Origin: Eledone cirrhosa
Lineage: Eukaryota
Direction: 5' to 3'
Assembly (NCBI GenBank): GCA_964016885.1
Contig: OZ024754.1
Location: 3,968,001 to 4,032,000 of the forward strand
Length of the DNA stretch: 64,000 bases
Part shown: positions 25,354 through 40,775 of the stretch, in pieces
How the letters are laid out: every line of letters starts with the position of its first letter
How positions within the stretch are numbered: the stretch's first letter is position 1
Position numbers and translations under genes: made by a program
The notes under the pieces: model-generated
The model's database searches: none
The model's input: the letters and a program-made list of their open reading frames with translations, nothing else
Told to the model about the DNA's origin: nothing

Positions 25354-25440
25354 TCTGACAATATATATATATATATATATTTTTGTTTGTATTTACTTAT
25401 AATAAATGCATAATTAAATACATAGACAAACTAGTAGCCC

Positions 25441-25472
<32 letters not shown>

Positions 25473-25505
25473 TTGTAGAATATACGTATATATATATATA
25501 CACAG

Positions 25506-25566
<61 letters not shown>

Positions 25567-25627
25567 CACACACACATATAAATATATTTATATATATATA
25601 TATTTATATACACACATTAACATATAA

Positions 25628-25726
<99 letters not shown>

Positions 25727-26060
25727 TAGAGATACATAAATAATTCATACATACACACACACACACACTACCTCAGAACTACCCCCGATGAAAGAGGAGG
25801 ATAGACCACTTAAAGGATGACAAAAATATATTTATCGGCTCAATCATGACGTATCCTATTTTTGTAGAGAGCAAGACAACAACAACAACAATAACATTAT
25901 AAGAACATGGAGTGGTACAGTCTATTACTTGTTCTTTATCGTTTAGTTCTTTCGAGATTTCTTTTCCCGCTTCAAACCTCAGTCAGGCCATTGCTGTCAG
26001 CCATCTTTGGTCTATTTTTTTTTATCTTTTTCTTACTCTTTTGCTTTCCTGTATATGTTT

Positions 26061-27140
26061 ATGATAGTGGTGATTAAGATGATGATGATGATGGTGATGA
26101 TGATGATGGTGATGATGTTGATGATGATGTTGATGATGATGTTGATGACGATGTTGATGATGATGATGATGATGATGTTGAGGATGGTGATGATGATTTT
26201 GATGATGATAGTGGTGATTATGATGATGATTATGATGGTGACGATGATGATGCTGATAGTGGGGATTATGATGATGATGATGATGATGATGTTGATGATG
26301 ATGCTGAGGACGATGTTGAGGACGATGATGATGATGATGATGACGAGACTTAATAATGATGATGATGATGATGACGATGATGTTGTTGATGTTGATGATA
26401 ATGATGCTGATGATGATGATGATGGTGATGGTGAGGTTTCTGATGATGATGAAGAGGCTAATGATGATGATGTCGTCATCATCATCATCATCATCGTCAT
26501 CGTCACAATCGTCGTTGTCCTCATTACCACGTTGTCGTTTTCATTGTCATCATTGCACCACCACCACCACCATGAACTCAGCCGTCCAGGCAGAGTCTCA
26601 CCCCATCATAATAAAAGTCATCATCATCATCACATTCAATATAGACATCATCCTTCTGATCAACAAGACTATCATCATCATGGTCATTATGATCGTCGTA
26701 GTCTTCACCACCACCGTCACCACGACCATCACCACAACCATCCCCTCAAACACCACCACAACCATCCCCTCAACCACCACCACAACCATCACCACAGTCA
26801 TCATCCACAATCATCACCACGACCGTCACCACAACCACCACCACAACCATCACCACAGTCATCACCACAATCATCCCCTCAACCACCACCACAACCATAA
26901 CCATCCCCACTGCCATCACCACAACCATCACTACAACCATCACTACAACCATTACCACAACCATCCCCACAACCACCCCCACTACCATCACCACAACCAT
27001 CCCCACAACCATCCCCACAACCACCCCCACTACCATCACCACAACCATCCCCACTACCACCCCCACTACCATCCCCACAACCATCCCCACTACCATCCCC
27101 ACAACCATCACCACTACCGCCACAACAACTTACACCATCT
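26061..27140. repeat. Compound (GAT)n switching to (CAT)n/(CAC)n low-complexity tract
   Basis: Direct reading; polarity flips near 26472. Confidence 0.93.
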
Positions 27141-27250
27141 ACATCGTCACAGTTTCTATAGTCACCAGTATTTATCTACAGGCAGTCTCATTAAAATGTA
27201 AACACCGCCTGATTACCTTTTAAGGCGATATTTATTATTAGAGATACATA

Positions 27251-27439
27251 AATAATTGTTTCTACCTTTGGCACAAGGCCAGCAATTTACCCAGTACATT
27301 ACTGGTACTTTATTTCATCGACCCCGTGAGGATGAAAGGCAGAGTTAACCTCGGCGGGATTTGAACTCAGACCGAAAAGGGACGAACCTCTAATGCCGCA
27401 AATCATGGCACCAGACCCTCTACCGATACTGGCAATCCA
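27251..27439 (-). mobile_element. SINE family A copy
   Basis: Reverse complement of the family A head, core and tail. Confidence 0.9.
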
Positions 27440-27501
27440 AATAATGGTGTTAAAGTGTATATACATTTTTGTGAGGACACCTTGTATTAGATATCGAGAG
27501 T

Positions 27502-27716
27502 CGATCGACATTCGTCAAATGGGACCGAGGAAACAATGTTTCCATTGGTCTTTCTAATTGATAATCCTATCTATCGGTCGCAACTCCAGGTAGAAAGAGC
27601 AACGTGAAATAAAGTGTCTTGCTCAAGGACATAACGCATCACCCGATCCGGGAATCGAACTCACAACCTCACTATTGTGAATCCAATTCTCTAACCACTC
27701 AGCCACACGACTCCAC
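27502..27716 (-). mobile_element. CORE-type SINE (family B)
   Basis: Reverse complement aligns along its whole length with 23948-24162. Confidence 0.88.
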
Positions 27717-27739
27717 ACTTAGATATTAGATATAATAAT

Positions 27740-27931
27740 TGTTTCTACTTTTTGGCACAAGGCCAGCAATCACTCAGTGCATTACTGATACTTTATTTTA
27801 TCGACCTCGTAAGGATGAAAGGCAAAATTTTACCTCGGCGGGATTTGAACTCAGAATGGCAAGGGCCGTAACTCTATGCGTCAAAGCATGGCGTCCAACC
27901 CTCTACCGATACTGGCAATCCACCGCTCTTT
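27740..27931 (-). mobile_element. SINE family A, full length, 18-bp target-site duplication
   Basis: GATATTAGATATAATAAT at 27722-27739 and 27932-27949. Confidence 0.93.
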
Positions 27932-27939
27932 GATATTAG

Positions 27940-28028
<89 letters not shown>

Positions 28029-28166
28029 GATAAATCTACCACTCAATGGTAGGGTCTAAACCGTATAAAGAATTCAATGTAATCCGTATGTAGATGTCGT
28101 GAAGCAAAGTTTAAAATACAAACATTTTTATCAACGATATAATTCAATTGGATACAGAATCAAAAT

Positions 28167-28453
28167 AGAAATATTAAAACAAACAAATTAAACACAAAAC
28201 TGTTAATTCATAGTAAAACACATTATTTTACGATCGTTTCTGGGGTGGGGGGCGGTTAGTTCCATGTATGTTCAGTCAATTATTGATCTATGTAAAACAT
28301 ATTACAAAGCATCATGATATTTTGTAATATGTTTTACATAGATCAATAATTGAATGAACATACAGGGAACTACCCCCCAGAAACGATCGTAAAATAATGT
28401 GTTTTACTATGAATTAACTGTTTTGTGTTTAATTTCATTGTTTTAATATTTCT
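28167..28453. repeat. Long near-perfect palindrome (~140-bp arms, centre ATCATGAT at 28311-28318)
   Basis: Arms were read as reverse complements with few mismatches or indels. Confidence 0.9.
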
Positions 28454-28560
28454 CTCTCTATATATATAACCAAAGATTAATATGGGTCATTGATTACTCA
28501 ATGAATATAGTTTAACAATAGATTAAAAGCACTCTACAATGAAGTTTTCTAGAGTTATGA

Positions 28561-28746
28561 ATATTATTCAAAATATTAATAAATGAAGACGTTCACATAA
28601 TCAAAATATATGTTTTATTATATATATTTCGAATGTATCTGACGAGGACGTACTGGAAAAACAGCACAGTACCTCCAAAATATATATAATAAAACATATA
28701 TTTTGATTATGCAACCGTCTTCATTTATTAATATTTTGAATAATAT
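28561..28746. repeat. Inverted repeat (~70-bp arms) whose loop carries a hammerhead-like CTGACGA and stem II
   Basis: Arms 28561-28631 and 28676-28746. CTGACGA at 28639-28645 is followed by a GGAcGTACTG/CAGTACcTCC stem. Confidence 0.8.
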
Positions 28747-29186
28747 ATATGTGTGTGTGTGTGTCTCTGTGTGTGTGTGCGTGTGTGTGTGATTTAATGT
28801 ACATGGTGTTCACCCCATATGATATTAAAACAATCAGTTTCTATATGTTTTTGTTCTTGAATTTGTTTTGGAATATCAATGTCCCTAGAATATTCCAACT
28901 TATTGTGATATCCTCCAAATAATCTGAGTCTTTTAATGAATAAGAAACAAATATGGAGCCCAGTTATATTCGTGGGAAATATAATTGAATGATACATATA
29001 TTTATCTTCGGGAGTATTTTTTTGCTAAGTAGCTAGAAATATGCTCTAACATATACATATACACATATGTGTTGGCTTTTCTACACACACGTATACAAAC
29101 ACGATTACTGAGACGCAGGGTTATACATGCACACACACAAACACAGTCCTACCTCCCTTATATATATATATAAATATATATATATA

Positions 29187-29230
<44 letters not shown>

Positions 29231-29309
29231 TAGGTTTGTGGTACAAACTCTCACACACATACATTCACAGTTACCGAGATACCGAGACACATGGACACTG
29301 TCCCCCGTC

Positions 29310-29421
<112 letters not shown>

Positions 29422-29459
29422 TATATATATATATATATATTCATAAATATATATATATA

Positions 29460-29525
<66 letters not shown>

Positions 29526-29587
29526 TATATATATTTATATATTCATATATATATATATATATATATATTCATATATATATATATATA

Positions 29588-29655
<68 letters not shown>

Positions 29656-29687
29656 TATATATATTTATATATTCATATATATATATA

Positions 29688-29772
<85 letters not shown>

Positions 29773-30444
29773 TTATGTATATATATATAAGTATATATAT
29801 ATATATATGTATATATATATGTATATATATACATACACATATATACATATATATACATATATATGAGAAACATAACGTTTATGAATTTTCATGACCTTCC
29901 TCATGCTTCATAATAAGTGTCAAGTTTAAAGTAGGGAGATAAACGCAAAAAGATTAACACGCTATGTTAGCATATGATATTTCTTCTCCAATTTTTGATA
30001 TCAGCCATCAAATGGAAGGCAGAAAGACATAAGCAAAATGCCAGAGACTTATAACTCTAGTGAGAAAGGAATACTGTGATATAGATAAGTAAACTAAAGA
30101 ACATTTTGTTGGTATTTATTTTCATTCGGCAGGCCTAAGTACTATGTACGAAATATACATATATTCCACAAAAACTGCTCAAATTAATTTAAATAAGAGA
30201 GTAAATTTGTAGTTAACATTCCGTTTGATCTACTGAAGAAGTCTGTATTAAATCTCCTCGGAAATACTTACTGTACCTGTGATCTGTGATTCGAACGTCT
30301 ATGATTCTCTCCAATACTTTTCTTCCTGTGAATGAAATCAATTAAATGATTCATAATTAAATAATTATAATAAAGGACCACATAATTCAACTACAGTTGA
30401 AATTGAACAGAGAATATATATATATGCATAAGTGTACGTATACA

Positions 30445-30490
<46 letters not shown>

Positions 30491-30638
30491 TAAGTATATA
30501 TGCATGTACGTATGTATATAGGAATGCATGTATAAGCATATGTTTACACCACTAATTTATTTAAGAGAAAATAGCTTCATATTTCATATATTTGTGCATG
30601 CGTGTAATTGTATATAAGTCTCCGATTAACAGATATAT

Positions 30639-30709
<71 letters not shown>

Positions 30710-31520
30710 GTCTTTGTGTGTGCGCGTGTGTGTGTGTTTTGTGTTTGATTGAATGTAGGTTTATACATATATGAGTGTACGTTTAATTACATATGTATGA
30801 ACATGAAGAGGGAAACGAGGGGAAACATTGGATAAGAAAGGGGGAAAGCTAAGCAACTGTAGTAGGGAGGAGAAGAGAAAAAGAAAGAGGGGGGGATCTG
30901 GGTAGGTAATATATCTTGAGAATCCCTGGAGAATGTTTGGTTTAGAGATCTAATATTTAAAATAAAAACAGCGTTCTTTCTAAACTCCGTCCCAAACCTC
31001 CACCGTATTTCTTATCTACTCTAACCATCATACAGAAATATTTGTAACCATGGCAACTGTTGCCCAGTTCTCCAGAGATATGGTTTAGCACATCTGTTCA
31101 CTTCATATTGAACTAACCAAAACTTTCATACAATATATATATATATACAATATTTTTTTGTTGTAATTTTTTAATTAAAATTATCATTATTATCATCATT
31201 ATATTATTTTTGGTCAGCCATTAAATCAAGTTAACGCTAATGAGAACAATTTATAGCATGAAAAACAAACCATCGTACATAGGTTGTTAGTAGATTGCAA
31301 TGAGCTCCCAGTCTTACTTTATGAAAACTTACTAAGCATTTGTTTGCGTGAGTATATTTCCCTTGAAAATTGTTGAAATCGGTATTTTTATTTACACAAT
31401 GATATGAAATTTTACTTAAGATTCTATGAAATATTATATGTTAATATACAATAATTTGCATGGACATATCTCGAGAACTGCATTGCTATATTATTGTGTA
31501 ACTCAGGGATCTGAGGGTCA

Positions 31521-31788
31521 CTACACGTAGAGACGCTACTTCACCGAATTGAAAAATCACAGCTCCGATACTATGAGTATGTGGTTAGAATGTCTCAGGA
31601 AAGAATCACTGGACAGATTTTATGGGCAAAACCAACCGGCAAGAGGCCCAGGGGTAAACCACGAGCAACATGGTTGGATGCTATCTATGAGTTTGTGTAG
31701 TTACGCTTGGAGACAGTTGCTTCTGACAAGACCCGCTGGAAGGAGTGTTTGAGGACTCTTCCCCCACGACCCTCTCAGGAGGAATAAG
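31521..31788 (+). mobile_element. 3' coding remnant of an RTE-clade LINE
   Basis: Translation LHVETLLHRIEKSQLRYYEYVVRMSQERITGQILWAKPTGKRPRGKPRATWLDAI...WKECLRTLPPRPSQEE* matches the recalled RTE C-terminal pattern QLRWxGHVxRM...GKRPRGRPRxxW. Confidence 0.85.
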
Positions 31789-32056
31789 TGTCCGAAAAAA
31801 GAGGTCATTTCAAAAGAATATCTATCTACATGTCTATCTTTCTCTCTCTCTATATATATATATGTATGTGCCTGTGCATGAGTGTATGTATGTATGTGTG
31901 TGTGTGTGTATGTGTGTATGCAAATAGAATGTGTCTGCACATTTCGTGTTGATTCAAATACAGATAGTTAGTTACGAGACATATAGTTTCGTAAATATAT
32001 AAGTATGTATCGATATTGATCAGTTAATGGATAATGATACGTTTGTAATGCAACTA

Positions 32057-32091
<35 letters not shown>

Positions 32092-32145
32092 GTACATATA
32101 TACATACATAAATACATATATACATATATGTATAGATACGTGTAT

Positions 32146-32176
<31 letters not shown>

Positions 32177-32663
32177 CATATATATATGGGGAAGGGTGTT
32201 CAATATCGCAAAGCTATAATATTAGAGGGCATCACAAAATCATTTTAAACGCGATGATGATACTCATAAGAAGGGAAATTAAATGACGAATGAGAAAATG
32301 TCGCCAGAGTTATATAAAATAAAATATAACAAAATATTCAATAAAACTTTTATCAGTAACAACATGAAATCAATATAAGAAAAATGGAAGAAATTTCAGG
32401 GAAGAAAAATATATTTCAATATCAAACATCGTTATGAAATTCGCGGAAATGTTTTGAAGTAAATTACAGAGTAATATCCTGAATCTGAAATAAACTGAAA
32501 TGTAATCAAAACATGATAAACGTTAAACATAACTTCATTTAGCAGTCTATATAGATTCAGATATTGCTTTTTTCTTTAGACTCTTTTCAAAGAACAAAAC
32601 ACCGCCGCCATTTTGAAATGGTTGTGGGCGTTAGCGTGTTTTCGTGCATATAGGTAAATACAC

Positions 32664-32747
<84 letters not shown>

Positions 32748-32892
32748 GTGCATACATGCATATATTTTCGATATATATATATATATATATATATATGAAT
32801 GCATGTATATATGTGTACTGATGCATGTATTTTATATTTACACTATATATATATATTATATATATATGTGTGTGTGTGATTTATATATTTAC

Positions 32893-32925
<33 letters not shown>

Positions 32926-33231
32926 TGTGTGTTTATGAAAGTACGAGTGTGAGGGTGTGTGTGGGTGTCTGGGTGAGAGTAGCGCTGCGTTAAATCATAT
33001 AAGGAGTAATTTTTAAACAAGGCGTGCAGAGTGTCTCGCTATGTGTATACGTCTATGTATTTACTGGTGTATACAAATGTCTGGTTCTGCGATATTTCAA
33101 TCTGGGTGAATGTTACAAGCTATCTATATTTGTATAAGTTTGAAATACTCTGTCTATATATATATATATACATATATATAAATAGACATATATATATATA
33201 TGTGTGTGTGTGTATATATATATAAATAGAC

Positions 33232-33320
<89 letters not shown>

Positions 33321-33622
33321 TACCATGCTCGTTTGCGCTTATGATATTGCATGCTCGTGTTGTTGCTGTGGATGTAATTGTGTTTGTGCCTGTGTGTGTG
33401 TGAGAGAGAGAGAGTGTGTGTGTGTGCGTGCGTGTGAGAGAGAGGTGTGTGTGTGTTTGTGTGTGTGCGTGTGAGAGAGAGAGTGTGTGTGTGTGTGAGA
33501 GTGTGTGTGTGTTTTTTAAGAGATTAAATAATAAAGGAACAAAAAAGATTATATTTTGACTTTACTGTGTAATGGGATTATGAATCCACAAACTTGATAT
33601 TACACACTTTTTGTGACCATTT

Positions 33623-33730
<108 letters not shown>

Positions 33731-34354
33731 ATATATATTGTATCGTTTATTTTTATTTTTACTTGTATTTAATTTTTGCTATTGTATTTGTCTTGATTTT
33801 TGTTTAACTTTTGTGACTGTTTTTGTTCTTTTAATTTTTTATTTCGACATTCTAGATTTTCTTCCACTTCCAAGTTCGTAATTTCTACATTTTTTTTATC
33901 GTTCTCTCAAGTTTTTTCCTTGTTAATCCGAACTTATCCTTTCTATCCAAGTCATATATTAAGGGTTTTTGTGTTTTTTTATCTCTAAACTAAAAATGTT
34001 CGTTCTTAAAAAACGGGTAACCGGATTTTAGTTCGTTTCAGTGCGCAATGAACAAATGGATATAACATCTTGGAATTTTTTTTTAAATATCAGAGAAAGT
34101 TACACAATTCAAAAAACAAAATAATAATGATAAATAATGATAATAATAATAATAAGAAGAAGAAAAAGAACAATAGCAATAATAATAAGAAACGTATTGA
34201 ATTATTATAGAAAGCTAACAAAAATCAAGGAATATATACATACATAGAAACATACTTATATATATATATATATATTTATAATAGACAGAAATTATACACC
34301 CACACGCACATATGAACATGTACACACAAGCGTACACCAACACACGTATATATA

Positions 34355-34401
<47 letters not shown>

Positions 34402-34541
34402 ATGGATATATTGTTCTTGTGTGATGGTACATATATATCTATATCTCTATCTATATCTATATATCTATCTATATATATATATATATATATATATTGATGG
34501 ATATATTGTTCTTGTGTGATGGTACATATATATCTATATCT

Positions 34542-34572
<31 letters not shown>

Positions 34573-34851
34573 TATATATATAGGAAGAGGGGGGGAGAAA
34601 GAAAGAAAGAAAGGGGGTTTCATATATAACATATTGATATCTATATTATTAATAAGAGAGGAAGGTCTACCTAGAAAACTTTATTCGTTCTGTATACGTA
34701 AATATGAAACTCCTCCCATCACCTCAAGAAGAACTTCACGCCCATAGGACGGCAAATATACATATACACAAGCACACAAGTTATACATGCACAAGCCTGA
34801 CGTCCACCTATGTAAACATACACAGTCACAAACACTCACACACACACGCTC

Positions 34852-34916
<65 letters not shown>

Positions 34917-35074
34917 GGCAGATCTAGATGAATATATAGAGGAGATATGAAGACAAAGTTTTTGAAACAAAGAAACATAAATTAAACTATATTGACAAAA
35001 CCACACATAGCTTTTATGACTAACCGCAAGTGTTGCATGAGGAACATTTCATTTCCACAGAGGGAGGAATACCA

Positions 35075-35148
<74 letters not shown>

Positions 35149-35314
35149 ATATATAGACACAATATGAATATATAAACAGAGAGAGAGAGATAGAGAGAGA
35201 GGTGAGTGAGTAGGGGTTCGTTTTCCAAGAGGTTATGGATATGTTCATCGAATGATATACCTATAGCACACTATAAAGACCATACTCAATATGCTTATTT
35301 ATATATGTATATTT

Positions 35315-35355
<41 letters not shown>

Positions 35356-35424
35356 TATATACAAAAATTCGTATATGAATATATATACCTGCCCTCTTCA
35401 CTTACCCACTCCTGCAAAGACACA

Positions 35425-35555
<131 letters not shown>

Positions 35556-35808
35556 GAGTATATGAATATTTAAGAAAATGCAGTGATATACGTTGGATGA
35601 ATTCTTGAATATCTCCGGATTAAGATATACGAAAATCTGTTTTGTCGGATTTTCTCCTTGGATTTGTTATTGAAAAGCGCATACATAAGTAATTTCAAAT
35701 ACAAATTTATATATCTAAGTATCTATGTGCACCAACACGCACACATGTTTGTACGTATGTATACGTGCATATATGTGAGTGTATAACTATATATGATTAT
35801 ATATATAC

Positions 35809-35851
<43 letters not shown>

Positions 35852-35990
35852 CACACACACAAATATATGTTGGAATAGAATATATGTATCCATATTCTTA
35901 CATATTAAGGAAAACATAGTCAATATTAAGTATTTTGTGTATTAAAATTACATTGTATCAAAATACATTCAATATATGTATATATATATA

Positions 35991-36042
<52 letters not shown>

Positions 36043-36059
36043 TGTGTGTGTGTGTTTGT

Positions 36060-36112
<53 letters not shown>

Positions 36113-36137
36113 ATTTTATGTATATATTTGAAGATCA

Positions 36138-36310
36138 TTGGTTAAGTGGTTAAGGGATTGAATTGACAATAGTGAGGTTGCGACTTCAAATTTTGGGCCC
36201 GGTGATGTATTCTCTGCTTGAGCAAGACTCTTCATTTCCCGGTGCACCAGTTAACGCAACGCCAGAAATGAGGTGTGAAGCCACGGGTACGAAGCTTTTG
36301 ACTTCCCTGT
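36138..36310 (+). mobile_element. Decayed CORE-type SINE
   Basis: TGGTTAAGTGGTTAAG A-box-like head; CTTGAGCAAGACTCTTCATTTC CORE-like segment. Confidence 0.65.
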
Positions 36311-36430
36311 GAACGACGTACAGGAATAATTATACTGAGGAATAAACTGAACTACATCTGTACTTCGTTGAGTGCTCTATCCTGCTAACCTGCATAAAAT
36401 AATCTCGCTGAATAACTACCACATGTTTTA

Positions 36431-36478
<48 letters not shown>

Positions 36479-36834
36479 ATCGGCCTTGTATAAGTTGATA
36501 TATATACCCACCTGCCTGGTATAACTTGGTCTATTTTCTCTTTGGTTACTTATATACATGTGTCATTGTCCTGTGTTCCCCCTTCTATCGGTATGTTTAC
36601 TTCGTTTTTTTTCCTTTTTGTTTTCTTTCTTCTTCTCTTTCCCTCGTGGCCTTTTGATGAATTAAGCGCCATGGGCGCGCTACGAATCGATGTTCTGTTT
36701 TAAGTGCCGAAACATCTAAGATCCGTAATATCAGCTGACGAAGGGAAACATTTCTTTTTCTCTTGTTTACGTCCAGATTACCTTCTAACACTTCGTTTTT
36801 AGTAACTACAGCCTCGCCTCTTTACCTGTATTTT

Positions 36835-36885
<51 letters not shown>

Positions 36886-37029
36886 GTGTCTGGACTCCGA
36901 CGACTGAGCACTTGCTGTTTCACACAATCACTTTTAGCTGAGCGACTGGAACTAGCTGTTGAACTTCCCTTCTCGAAACGATATTCAAATCAGTGACGTC
37001 TAAAATACGATTTATAAAGGAAATAATGC

Positions 37030-37245
37030 CTCCTAAATTAAGCACAAGGCCATTAATTTTTTTTGCGGGGGGGGGGGCGATTAAATAGATCCCAGTGCAT
37101 TACTGGTACTTTATTATGTCGACTCGGTAAGGATGAAAGAGCAAAGCTAACCTCGGTAGTATTTGAACTTCGATCGTAAAGGACCGTAAACCTCTGCCAC
37201 ACACCATGTTGTCCGACGCTCTACATATACTGCCAAACCCCCAAT
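37030..37245 (-). mobile_element. SINE family A, diverged
   Basis: TTACTGGTACTTTATT...GTAAGGATGAAAG...AAAGCTAACCTCGG...ATTTGAACT. Confidence 0.8.
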
Positions 37246-38120
37246 CTAGTTAAGGAAATAATGCATTTAATGATACACATTAGCACACATCCTTAAAATA
37301 TAGGCAACATTGATAGATAGTAAAATGAAAGAATATCTATGACATGAAAATGAATACCAAAAAAGAAAAAAGATGTATTTTCTTCCTCACAATACATGAT
37401 GATATCAAACAGATAAAGGAAAAAAACACAACACACAGATTGACTACAATTGGCATAAAATAACAAAAAATATAACTTCCATTGTTTCAACTCATTTTGT
37501 CCAGGCATGAAAATGTAAATTCATACATAACATGCCAAAAAAAAAAAAATTCATACATATATACATATATAGATACATGCATAAATATATACACACATAC
37601 ATACAAAGATATGCAAACATACATGCACGCAGTAACACATAAATATATACTATATACATAGATACGTACATACATTCATACACACATACATACATAGATG
37701 CATGTATACAAATATACATGCATACGTACGTAGGTACATACATATATACATACGGACAAGCATTTATACATACACACACGCACATACATCATCATACACG
37801 CATGCATACATAATACATATATAGATAGAATCTTATATAGGTGCAAACATTTATGCTCAGAATTGTCTCTTTTTTCTTGCAATATTTAACATGTAGTTCT
37901 ATCGTTCATTTTTATTTTTTAAGGAATTGCATGCTTTAAGATACAAATATATTTTCTGCGGTTTATCCAACTCTCTGTGTACCCTAAATACACAAAACTT
38001 CTATAGATATACATAAACAAGAACACATACCCACACAGACAGATGGTTTATACGTTCTTATATAAACACATGCGCACACACATATACATGAATACCTTTA
38101 TAGAAATATAGACATACCCC

Positions 38121-38837
<717 letters not shown>

Positions 38838-39308
38838 TCAATTATTCGGATATCGAAATGTCATCTTTCGCATGCCAAGTACCAAACAAAACAACATATA
38901 GTCATACTCTAGATTTGCTTTATGTTACTTTTTATGGAAAACTTCTTTCACTTTCTCTTCTTTCATTTTCCTTCATTTACTGAATTCTTGAATTATGTGG
39001 AATTTTTTTCGTTAAATCGTGTAATAGTTTTATTCTATTTATTTATGTAATTATTGTTTTATTTATTTCCGGATGGAGGGGCTACACGCTTCCCTCATTA
39101 CAGACTTAGATGCACTTTTCAAGATATGTATCTATGTATGCGTGTGTGTGTTCATGTTTGTACGGATATACACATGCATGCAATCATAAGCACACACAGA
39201 CACACACTCTCACACACACACACACACACTCACACACACACTCACCTATATATCTATGTATATATATGAATGTATGTATATTTATATATATGTATGTGTA
39301 CGAATGGT

Positions 39309-39432
<124 letters not shown>

Positions 39433-39590
39433 TTTGTGCATGTATGTATATAAGAATATGTGATTTAAATACCACTGCACTTAAAACAAGCAATCATCTA
39501 TTCAAGAAGAACTCATTACGGCTAGGTCACTTCTGGCTATATACATAGTGATGAGGTCGTGCCACCATTGGTACACTATGCTATAGCACG

Positions 39591-39621
<31 letters not shown>

Positions 39622-39729
39622 TGCTAGGGTGTGTAAAGTGCAGTTGCTGTAGCTTCCCCCGAGTGAGTACTCGATGCGTAGTCTCCCGTCTGTAACGAGG
39701 TGTAGAACTAAACAGAGTGTAAATATAAT

Positions 39730-40233
39730 AATAAAAGGACGAGTTGTTATGTCTTCATTACGTTTATTGAGAAGTGACGTCTGTTTTGCTATTGATCAAC
39801 TCAAGGTTCGATCTGTATCGATCAAGCCCGACTCTGGAATCAAAAGCTCGTCGGACCTCTGCCGTGGTAATGACAGAATGAACATATAGAGCTTAGAAAT
39901 GTCTATACCCATTCAATCATGGTGGTCAGTTACTGTTGTTTTGATTGGTGGTGTTGCTGTAAGGAATGTTTTGGAATGGGTGATAGGTGGAGGGAAGGAT
40001 CATACTGAAGAGGTGGTGGTGGTGGTGGTGGGGTGAGTTGCGGGGAAGTGGTGTTTTGGCTGTTTCATAGACATTGTGGCGTGTATGTGATGAGGCAATG
40101 GTGCTGGCTGTGAGTGTGGAGGTGATTATGGTCGGGCTAGATCGATACAGATCAAACCTTGAGCTGATCAATAGCGAAACGCGCGTCCCTACTCAATAAA
40201 CGTAATGAAGTGATAACAGATCGTTCTTTTATT
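39730..40233. repeat. Imperfect inverted repeat, ~100-bp arms (39730-39832 and 40131-40233), ~300-bp spacer
   Basis: TTCATTACGTTTATTGAG...GATCTGTATCGATC.AGCCCGAC pairs with GTCGGGCT.GATCGATACAGATC...CTCAATAAACGTAATGAA. Confidence 0.85.
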
Positions 40234-40239
40234 ACCATT

Positions 40240-40433
40240 GTGGAGGATTGGCAGTATCGGTAGAGGGTCGGACGCCATGCTTTGCAGCATAGAGTTACGG
40301 CCTTTTATGATCTGAGTTCAAATCTCGCCGAAGTCAACTTTGCCTTTCATCCTTACGGGGTCGATAAAATAAGGTACCAGTAATGTACTGGGCAATTGCT
40401 GGCCTTGTGCCAAAAGTAGAAACAATTATTATT
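40240..40433 (+). mobile_element. SINE family A, full length
   Basis: A-box, B-box, core and ATT tail all present. Confidence 0.92.
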
Positions 40434-40523
40434 ATATATATATTGTTATACTTTGTAAAACAAATTAAAAAACGAAGTGTATACATATATATAAATATAT
40501 GAATACATACATACAAACTCATG

Positions 40524-40613
<90 letters not shown>

Positions 40614-40738
40614 TGTGCGCGTACCTTTAATCAGGTTTCTGTGAGGAATCTTACGTGGTAGTGTATAACACTTTTCCTCTCTAATTTTTATTTCTTTACT
40701 CTCATTCTCAACTCTCTCTCCCTCTTTCTCCCCCCCCC

Positions 40739-40775
<37 letters not shown>

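Noticed and set aside
26007-27201. Met-, Asp- and His-rich ORFs suggesting a metal-binding or reflectin-like protein
   Set aside because: All frames simply mirror GAT/CAT/CAC repeats; no reflectin motif or exon boundaries.
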